From assembly GCA_963796455.1 (NCBI GenBank), contig CAWCLO010000001.1, forward strand, positions 1,024,001-1,088,000: DNA of 64,000 bases, given 5' to 3'. Numbering within the stretch: position 1 is the stretch's first letter; every line of letters begins with the position of its first letter. The DNA comes from Candidatus Sulfomarinibacteraceae bacterium. Its GTDB lineage: Bacteria > Acidobacteriota > Thermoanaerobaculia > Thermoanaerobaculales > Sulfomarinibacteraceae. The position numbers and the translations under genes were made by a program. Below are positions 62,201 to 64,000 of the stretch, one piece after another. Under the pieces are notes generated by a model that saw only the letters and a list, made by a program, of their open reading frames with translations, did no database searches and had not been told where the DNA came from.

Positions 62201-64000
62201 CCAATTGGTGGTCCCTGACAAGGGTCAGGGCAACCCCAAAACCGCCACGATCAGACGCGGTGATGGGAATCTCGATCACACCCGACTGGCCGGCTCCGAT
62301 GGGACGTCTCTCGGTGCGGCGTCCGTCGCGGAAGATCTCGAGCATCATTTCCTGCTTGCGGAAGCCGGTGAAATACAGGAGCCGGGCGGTCTCCCCGACC
62401 GCAGCAGAGCCCCGGTCGAAGCGAAGCAGAGCGGGCAGCGACAGCGGGGTCCGTTTCCGACCGGTCACGACGAGGTGTTCCCGGGTTTCAAAGGCAGCAC
62501 CGAAGTCGTCCTCGGTGGAGTAGACCAATCGATAGGCGCCGGCGGTCAGCCCTGGGAGGTCGACCGAACCCGCACCGTCTTCTCCGTGCGCTACGTGTCC
62601 GGAAGCAATCTCCTCGCCGTCCGACCACCCGGCCAAGACACTCTCCGGATCGTAGCGATGTTCCCAACGGGAGCGGAGCTCGTCTCCCGGGTGTCCGGAG
62701 GCCGGGGTGGCCGCCCGGAACCAAGGGTAAGGGTTGATCAGCCGGGGTCAGGGTCTCCGACGGCTGATCCAGACGGAGCAATCGCCACGAACCGGTGCCC
62801 GCGCGGGGTGTTCCATCGAGGTCGGTACGGAGTACCCGGACAGTCGAGTCTTCCTTTGCCGCCCGAAAACCGAGGTCATCAATTATCCGCGCCTCGACAG
62901 CGACAAAACCGAGGCGGAAAACGCGCTCCGCCGATCGGGTCTCGCCACCCTCATCTGTGACATCCACACCGAGTCGGTAACGATATGTCACGCCCTGCCC
63001 GGCCTCGCGTTCGTCGGCTTCAGGGATGAACTGGACACGGAATCGGCCCTCGTCGTCGAGCCCCGATTCTCCCGCCGCCACCACCTGCCGTTGGCCGGAT
63101 GCTCTCGGATACCACCAGGACCACCAGCGCGGATAGACGGGCTCCCGAGTCACACTCCACTTCACATCACCGCTGACAACCGGGAGTCCGAAGTAGTAGC
63201 TCACCTCTCCTGTGAGCTCCGCCTCTCGATTGAGCCGCAGGGATACTTCGGGTTCGGAGATCTCCACCGAGAAGGTCGGCCTTTTGTATTCTTCGACCCG
63301 AAACCAGTTCTGTCCGCCAAAAGAAGTGCGAAGCCACCACCGACCGAGAAGGCGGCCGGCGGGAATCGTGAAACTGCCGCTGGCAGAACCAAAGGTGTTG
63401 GTGGACAGGGAGGTCGACCCGACCTCCTCACCGTTCGCATCCACGAGCGAAACCGTGATGTCGGTCTTTGGCACGGTTTCATATTCGATTGCTTCGCCGC
63501 CACCGCGGTAAGCGACAACCTTCCAGAAGATCTCCTGCTGCGGGCGGTAAGCCGAGCGGTCGGTATAGATCATTGCCGAGGAGCTCACTCCACGCGAGCC
63601 TTCGTGGCTCAGGTGAAGCCGAGTGGTGTCCAGGGCCAGATCGGCGTGGCGTTTTGCAAACACGAAATACTGTTCCCGTTGCCAGCGGGCGTGTTTGAAG
63701 GTCACCCGGCCGTCATCACCGCTACGTTGTCGTTCCATCTCGCGGTGACCCTTGCGGTAGTCATATCGATAGAGCGAAATATCCGCCCCTTCGAGTGCCC
63801 GGCCGCTCGCTCCGGATCGCGCCGTCACTTCGTAGCCGCCGGGAATCGTCCGGGTCACCAAGACCAGATCGGAAAGAATGAAGTTGTCGGCAACTCGAAG
63901 ATTGCCGGCCTCCTCGAAGTCCGCCCGCATCGATGCCACCACCAGATAGGCCCCGGCCTGATCGAGATCGGGCACCGAGAAGGTGTTGTGGGAGCGGAAA
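59298..64000 (-). CDS. Bacterial alpha-2-macroglobulin (MG2/A2M domains), frameshifted, 5' end beyond the window
   Basis: Motifs YTDRSAYRP, FRVEEYKRP, LRSDFSETAFW, LPRFLREGD, YPYECTEQ and LQSMYAPEF, across ORFs 62488..63975, 59883..62636 and 59298..59669. Confidence 0.92.

Overview
Bacterial chromosomal window, roughly 60% GC by inspection. The Oar-type TonB receptor, lipid acyltransferase, MglA-like GTPase and alpha-2-macroglobulin indicate a diderm; an Acidobacteriota-like organism is a plausible inference but is not shown. Layout from left to right: (1) a galactoside-utilisation locus (BCCT transporter, two hydrolases, GH2 beta-galactosidase, TonB receptor, DeoR regulator | galM, SSS symporter, divergent galK); (2) gdh, a lipoprotein, ilvE, STAS, TPR and yqgE; (3) a four-helix-bundle gene inside self-complementary arms, with an empty sister copy at about 17.0-17.35 kb; (4) PEGA, GT2, a candidate DNA-binding protein and tatD; (5) the hrcA-grpE-dnaK-dnaJ-prmA-rsmE operon; (6) solo mglA, mltD-like, long greA, lpxL-like, nth and a nucleoside kinase; (7) a small accessory patch with an orphan terminase small subunit, a candidate sRNA, a Cys-rich microprotein and GFA; (8) acyl-CoA ligase, molybdopterin oxidoreductase and a secreted esterase; (9) a 2060-aa fusion protein; (10) alpha-2-macroglobulin. 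The best novel-system candidate is the 2060-aa protein: an HExxH membrane domain, a circularly permuted enolase with recognisable catalytic residues, a long unknown region, and PPDK ATP-grasp plus phospho-His domains without the PEP-binding barrel. The second is the IVS-like four-helix-bundle cassette family together with dispersed 7/8-mer arrays. Genes at about 1-12 kb and 59-64 kb carry many frameshifts, most likely assembly errors. No rRNA, tRNA, CRISPR array or transposase was recognised.
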